Part shown: positions 56,602 through 64,000 of the stretch, in pieces | Layout: each line of letters begins with the position of its first letter | Position numbering within the stretch: position 1 is the first letter of the stretch | Assembly: GCA_951406725.2 (NCBI GenBank) | Contig: OX597814.1 | Location: forward strand, 222,084,001-222,148,000 | DNA: 64,000 bases | Reading direction: 5' to 3' | From: Octopus vulgaris | Taxonomy: Eukaryota | The notes under the pieces: generated by a model | What the model saw: the letters and a program-made list of their open reading frames with translations, nothing else | Told to the model about the DNA's origin: nothing | The model's database searches: none | Program-made: the position numbers and the translations under genes

Positions 56602-57001
56602 CTAGCAGTATCGCCCGGCGTTGCTCGGGTTTGTAGGGGAAATAACTATAGAAGCATTTTTAGAGAGTTATAGCCAAAAAATAGCAAAAAAATGCATTAA
56701 AAATGGAAAAAAAATTATTGCAATTTTTTTTTTAAATCGTTGACTCATCGTAGACATTTTTAGAAAGATACTTCCCTTATATAATAGCAAAAAAATGCAT
56801 TAAAATGGTAAAAAATGATGGTAATTTTTTTTTAAATGGTAGACTCATCGTAGACACGCGCTAATACCCAGAAGGGCTCGATATGAATCACGACTATAAG
56901 ATACCCGGTTTTGGTTAAACTGCACCGCAAAATGTGGGAGTAGTTAGGAATCTAAATCGTTGGAGACAGACAGCACACAACTTTACTTTTATATATAAAG
57001 A
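56602..57001 (-). mobile_element. Non-autonomous Helitron (400 bp)
   Basis: A|TC 5' end, cccgagcaacgccggg hairpin then CTAG|T 3' end, no TSD, internal ~95-bp duplication. Confidence 0.8.
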
Positions 57002-57420
57002 TTAACACTGTTAGAAAACGTATAAACATCCCACATTTTCCTTCGTACTCGCTATATTTTTTAAATCTTGACATAATTCTATAATGACTGGCAAGAACAA
57101 GTAAAAGAGTTAGACAAAAACCATAGTGGCTATATGTTTCTAGCTTCCATTCACAGCTGCAAAACAAACAAAAAGAAATGAAAGGAGTAAAGAATAAAGA
57201 AAAAAATAGAAAAAAAAATCAATACATTCAAGCACACGGTTCCCCAGATTTTTAACTTCAAAGATACCCTCTTACTCTGCCGCATTTTTGCTTATCTGTC
57301 TTCTTAAATATTCATGCGAGACAGAGCCAACGAGTTATTTCATTTACACATGAACAGTAGTACGAACAGTATACAACAATTACAAGCAAGCATTGTTTCA
57401 CTTGCTATTTTTACTATTAC

Positions 57421-57458
57421 ATAAGAAGAATTGCCAATATCAGTATCGTTGCCGCCAT
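57421..57458 (-). CDS. Possible first coding exon (signal-peptide start)
   Basis: aaaacATGG context, [12 protein letters not shown], weak donor AT|gtaata. Confidence 0.2.
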
Positions 57459-57618
57459 GTTTTCTTTGGTGAGATTCAGAAAACTTGTTTTTGTTGAATA
57501 CTTATCAAAGACGACAGAAATGCAATAAATATTAAGAAGGAACGGGAAAAAAATGTAGTTTACAAAATTTATCAGTTTCGAAAACGATATTCCGAATTGC
57601 ACACATACAGAAGCATAT

Positions 57619-57684
<66 letters not shown>

Positions 57685-57840
57685 AAACACACACACACAT
57701 ATATACATATACATACATACGTACATGGATATGTTGTACGCTTGTGTGTATATATATATATGTCTTTATATATATGTATATATACATATACGTATATATA
57801 ATATATATATACGTGTGTGTATATATACATATATGTATAC

Positions 57841-57871
<31 letters not shown>

Positions 57872-57959
57872 CACGTATGCATATATTTATATAGGTATAT
57901 ATATAAATATATATATATTGATATATATATATATATATATAGGTGTCTATATATACACT

Positions 57960-57993
<34 letters not shown>

Positions 57994-58010
57994 CATATAT
58001 ATATATACGT

Positions 58011-58053
<43 letters not shown>

Positions 58054-58630
58054 AGATTGATAGATAGATAGATAGATAGATAGATACGTATATATTACGT
58101 ATATATATACGTATGTATATATATATATTTATATGTGTGTGTGTATTCGTAGACATGTCTGTATATTTGAGTTTGCAAATATATATTGAAACGTCTTTGC
58201 GTGCGTGTCTGGGTGTGCGTCTCTGTGTATGCGTGTGTGGGCGTCGGTGTGTGCCTCTGTGTTTGAGTGTAAGTGTGTATTTGTTTTATAAATATAAATC
58301 ATATGCAAAAAACAAGTGTTACTCTGTTTAGAATTCTTCTACATTAGAAACAAAAACAACAACAAATAACAAAACATATTTTTGGATTTTTATAGATATT
58401 TTATCATCTGTTATTTTAAAAAAATGACGTTAAATTTGTTTTTTACTCTACATTGTCTAAAGTGGTTGAATTAATCATATTATTCAGGTTGCTATGTTTA
58501 TTAATGGATCCCGGTTAACCTGAAATACAGTGATCGTTAATTGAAGATGATATTAAAATATACGTAGGTCTTGAGCACCAATAAGTTTCAATCGTATTTT
58601 ATCTGTAAAAGTGGAAATTCAATCTCAATG

Positions 58631-58837
58631 TACGAAAGGATGCTGAAAAGTTTTGGGCTTTAAGGGTGGTTGGAGACCCAAATTTCCGAGTTTTTTTACG
58701 GGGCTCATAAAATCTGAGTAACCGCCGCAATAAATGTGTGAACCTGAGAGGAGAATATATTTAATAAAAACATAATTAGCAGGGCGTCCCCTATTTTGTT
58801 TTATCCAAAACCAGGAACCTTTCAGCACACTCTCGTA
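58631..58837. mobile_element. Mariner-type MITE
   Basis: ~30-bp TIRs tacgaaaggatgctgaaaagtt / aacctttcagcacactctcgta with TA ends. Confidence 0.8.
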
Positions 58838-59246
58838 TTTTGGTCAAAAATTTCTAATCTGAAACGCTAATACGAGATGCCCATAAGGTAAATCTAAATC
58901 ATTTGTTGAAAAGAATTCCATCTATTGATCTCGACGAACATCAAGAAACGATACTTCTTATGTATTCTGTAGCTCATCGATGATCCTACGATATCAGAAG
59001 TAGAGTAAAAAAAAAAAAAAAAAAAAAACAAGGAAGATTTTGTACAAGTTGAAACGGATACATTTTGAAGATACAAATTAATTCTCTTGAGAAAATGACA
59101 TAATTGTAAACTAAAATTAGATAGTTTTCGTTTACTCGAAAGATGGTACATTACCAAGTGTTCGATATGGTGATGCCTATATATTGTTTATTCCTTGGTG
59201 TCTTAGAAAGAGTTATACTACAATCATTCCTGTCTAAAGCCTGCAT

Positions 59247-59289
<43 letters not shown>

Positions 59290-59461
59290 TGTGTGTGTGT
59301 CTGTATATAGATAGTTAGATTGATAGATAGATATACATTTAAATGGCGGTGCCCCAGCATGGCCACAGCTCGTGAGCTGAAACTAGAATCAATCAATCAT
59401 ACATATATATATATATATACACTCGCACACACACACACGCACGCACACACACACACACATA

Positions 59462-59531
<70 letters not shown>

Positions 59532-59556
59532 TATAGATAGATAGATAGATAGATAG

Positions 59557-59642
<86 letters not shown>

Positions 59643-59684
59643 GTTCATATACACACAAACAACACTGGTTTTTGAGGCCGTGGT

Positions 59685-60160
59685 TTCTGATCTTAACCGA
59701 TTGGAAGTTTTATCACGTACATTGCTTTGTGTTGGTATAAATGATGGGCTACAGCGAATATTCCGCTCAGTACCACAGATTTGCTTGTCAGTTGTTTGAC
59801 CTTAACCAGTTGACCATGTCCCTCAGTGGCTAACAATGTGTGCATCTCTGATTACGAGCAGAACTAGTGGATGAGCATCATAGCTATGTGCTAAGAAGAA
59901 TTCTTTGGAGTTTTGGATAATTCACCTTTGGAAACATGGGTGTTTCATTCAACATCATTAAATAATTCTTATTCCGTGACCTTTTAATCGGGTTAGGCTA
60001 CTTGATTTGAAGAAAATTCCAACCGGGCCCCCACCTGCAAGGTCACCACGTCGAACACATATGGTTGTGATGCATGTGCCTGGTTGTCATGATAGGTATA
60101 CTAGGCTTCGTAAATTTTGCTCTAATGTCAATTTGATGGCATGCATTGCTCTCACTGAGT
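59685..60160 (+). mobile_element. Diverged copy of the TAA-associated retroposon
   Basis: Reverse-complement match to 43630-44160; followed by (TAC)n(TAA)n. Confidence 0.8.
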
Positions 60161-60193
60161 GATACTACTACTACTACTACTACAACTACTACA

Positions 60194-60227
<34 letters not shown>

Positions 60228-60304
60228 ATACTAATACTGCAACAACTACTACTACTACTACAACTACTACTACTACTAATACTACTAATACTAATACTGC
60301 AACA

Positions 60305-60414
<110 letters not shown>

Positions 60415-61862
60415 TTGTTGTTAAAGCCGGTTCGCATGTTCTACTATCGATCTATGATGTAAAAATGAGGAAAAAATATATGGATCAAACGAAAATGCCA
60501 TTTATCATGCATTAGAATATGCATCATTCGCATTCCCAACAAATGAATTGAAGCTTTATGACTGTGTAATATAATTAAAACGAAAGCGAAAAATATCTCG
60601 GTAAACAAATAACCGGATTTTGAGCAGCGCGAACATCCTTTTAACAATATACTTCTCAGACGCATTCCACGAAAGTTTGAACATGGCTTACTGCGGAGAC
60701 AAATTACGCAATTGTTTGCACATTTTAGTCTTGCTAGACGTTCAATAGATCTTAATTTGCAATGGTTGTTTTTATTCAAATTTAATTTGAAGGTATTCGT
60801 TCGTTTCCGTCTTTTTCTTTTCTTTTTTTTTTTTGTGTGTGGACTCTATATAATTTTCTTCTTGTAATCATTTTATAGAAGCCGAAATGGTTATTTCTAT
60901 ATTTCGTGTTACTGACCTGTTATATAAATTCCTGGTATGATTAAAAAATTATCTTATATCATGAAACACGATGGCAAACGTGGTTAGAATATGTAGATCA
61001 TTGGGAAAATGTCGAATAGTGAAATTGAGGTTTTGATTATTTCATGCCTTACATAATCTTTACTTTGGAATATAGTTTTAATCAATTAGGTAAACTACCC
61101 TCTTCGTTTATAAAATGAATGCGATTAGAAACCTAACTCAAATATCAGAATCTCGTGACTTAATAATTTGAATAAATGTATTAAATGCCTTTATTAATGC
61201 TTCTTAGCCCTCGGTTGTCATTGATTCATTACACTTATGATTAAAGGCATTCCATCTGATATTATTTATATTTGAAACAAAATGTTATCTGCGACCATAC
61301 GATCAAACAGGTCTTTTCATGCTTTGAAAACTATTCCAGGGTAATGTAGACCTAGAGACATAGGAAGAAATGTGGTTGCTTCGGGTACAACCTGGGAGCT
61401 ACATGAGAGAACCTGTTCACAACACAATTGACAGTGTTACATCATTTTGAAAAGACGATGTTTATGCTATTATACATTTATGGCAGACATTTTATACGCA
61501 CATACACACTAACACACATGTGCATGTTCATATATGTGTTATGTATTTGTGTATTTGTGTATTTGTGTTCGTTTCTCTAGAATATCTCTATGAGTGTCTG
61601 TATACATACATGTATACATAAACACACGCACACACACACATATCGTAGTTTATCACTATTATTACTAGCATTCCTTGGAGTACTCTTATATTATGAAAAT
61701 AAAGTCTATTAACATGGAACGCGTAGATAGTGTCAAAGAAAGAGTTTTAAAGATAAATATAGCAGAATTGTATTATTGCTAAAGTGACACAGAATAAATA
61801 AATAAATAAATATATATATATATATATAATAGTAAAAAATAAATAAATAAATAAATAAATAA

Positions 61863-61914
<52 letters not shown>

Positions 61915-62373
61915 TGTAATTCCCTTACGGGACTGTCACGTTAAGTTGACAGTACACAACCACTCTATCGCTCCACCACCGCTCATGTCTCTTTGAGACA
62001 TTTAGAAATTTAATATTTCTGATTAAGGTAACCAGTGAATAGATTTCACTGTAAATATATATATTTGTGAAGGCTAGACAGGTACCTCAATCAGCTGATC
62101 TCACTATCCTGGGCTGATGACGGGTTAAGACCCAGAAACATGCATGTCCTCAGGTGTGAATCTTGGTTGGTAGGAGTGCTTGCCTCCCATTCACAAATAT
62201 AAGGACACAGGAAATGTGTCAAAGCCGACAGGAAGCGTCGATGCTTCCTAGGGCTAAACAGCGGTGATGTAATTCCCATACGGGACTGTCACGTTATGTT
62301 GGCTGTATACAACCACTCTATCGCTCCATCAGCGCTCATGTCTCTTTGAGACATTTAGAAAGTTAATATTTCT
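61915..62373 (+). mobile_element. Putative non-LTR retrozyme (353-nt monomer plus 106-nt terminal redundancy)
   Basis: Direct repeat 61915-62020 / 62268-62373; central hammerhead; many hairpins; (TA)n on both flanks. Confidence 0.78.
62108..62154 (+). ncRNA. Type I hammerhead ribozyme
   Basis: CCTGGG-CTGATGA-c-GGGT(taag)ACCC-a-GAAA-CATGCATG-TC-CTCAGG; GUC cleavage after 62148. Confidence 0.88.
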
Positions 62374-62659
62374 AATATATATATATGTATATCTATATAT
62401 ATATGTGTGTGTGTCTGTGTCTCTCTGTCTGTCTGTCTCTGTGTGTAATAAGTTTGTGCTCCCGCACGGCCGCAGTCAAATGACTGAAACAAGTAAAAGA
62501 ATGATAGAAGAAAATAATATATATATTCATAGATACGCGCGCGCGCGCGCGTGTGTGTACATGGACATACCGGAACATAGGAGGAAGTAGTTCGATTAGT
62601 AGAAAGACATAGATGTGTTTACATGTGTATGTGTGTGCGTGTGTGAGTGTGTACAAATA

Positions 62660-62693
<34 letters not shown>

Positions 62694-62703
62694 CGTATTA
62701 TGT

Positions 62704-63100
62704 AGGCGCAGGAGTGGCTGTGTGGTAAGTAGCTTGCTAACCAACCTCATGGTTTCGGGTTCAGTCCCACTGCGTGGTATCTTGGGCAAGTGTCTTCTGC
62801 TATAGCCCCGGGCCGACCAATGCTTTGTGAGTGGATTTGGTAGACGGAAACTGAAAGAAGCCTGTCGTATATATGTATATATATATATGTATGTGTGTCT
62901 GTGTTTGTCCCCCTAGCATTGCTTGACAACCGATGCTGGTGTGTTTACGTCCCCGTCAGCAAGCGGTTCGGCAAAAAGAGACCGATAGAATAAGTACTGG
63001 GCTTGCAAAAAGAATAAGTCCCGGGCTCGAGTTGCTCGACTAAAGGCGGTGCTCCAGCATGGCCGCAGTCAAATGACTGAAACAAGTTAAAGAGTAAAAG
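62704..63100 (+). mobile_element. tRNA-derived SINE family B, full length
   Basis: A-box tggctgtgtggt, B-box ggttcagtccc, internal TA/TG tract, conserved tail. Confidence 0.9.
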
Positions 63101-63142
<42 letters not shown>

Positions 63143-63663
63143 TTATATATAGACTTATATGTATATAGATCGATCGCGTGATGGTCAGAGAGTCAGGCAA
63201 ATAGATTGAGAGAAAGAAAGAAAGAAAGGTAGATAGATAGATACATACATACATACATACATACATACATACATACATACATACATACATACATACATAC
63301 ATACATACATACATACATACATACATACATAGGCATCACCTGTTTGTCTGTAAAAGTTCAGAAAGCGTGAGGTTGGTGATAATGATTAACAATTGAAAGT
63401 TATCGAGAGGGACATAAGCAATATACATATGTGTCAAATAGAAATATAAAGCAAACTCTATACACACTTCCATAGTGATAATCTTACATTAGAATCGATT
63501 TCACTTCAGCAAAAACAAAATAAAGAACCGTCTTGAATTCATTTGTTTGTTTTACTCATTTGTGTCTATTGTTAAATGCCAGAATTTCATTGTTTTTAGA
63601 ATTTCCGTTACTGTTTCATACACACATACGTTAATTGTCGCTGTGTAAATATACATGTATAGA

Positions 63664-63717
<54 letters not shown>

Positions 63718-63804
63718 CATACATACATACATATATATACATACGTACATACATACATACATACATACATACATACATACATCAATACATACATACGTAT
63801 ATAC

Positions 63805-63851
<47 letters not shown>

Positions 63852-64000
63852 TATATACCATGTACCGTTTTGTGTCTCTAGCACTAAGCTTCTTTATTTT
63901 GGAGCCTTTTATTATATTTCTATATGAATAATATTTTGTCTAATGACTATATATATACCATATATATATTATATATATATACCATATATATTATATATAT

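Overview
This is AT-rich, microsatellite-saturated eukaryotic DNA; the SINE families suggest an octopus/cephalopod genome (inference). Nearly all ORFs in the track are microsatellite artefacts. The only clear host gene is a minus-strand CUB-domain protein gene with large introns: firm exons at 47193-47424 and 28400-29077, plus weaker candidate exons. The introns contain three tRNA-derived SINE families, decayed Tc1/mariner elements and MITEs, two non-autonomous Helitrons, a Penelope-like element with inverted termini, and two stacks of (TAA)n-targeting R4/Dong-type retroelements with a probable non-autonomous partner. The main finding is two unrelated ~340-350 nt partial-tandem elements (25-476 minus; 61915-62373 plus). 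Each carries a type I hammerhead ribozyme with an intact core and a palindromic helix III, which is the signature of non-LTR retrozymes that make small circular RNAs. Several more minimal or decayed hammerheads lie across the window. All calls are by eye, and repeat boundaries are approximate.
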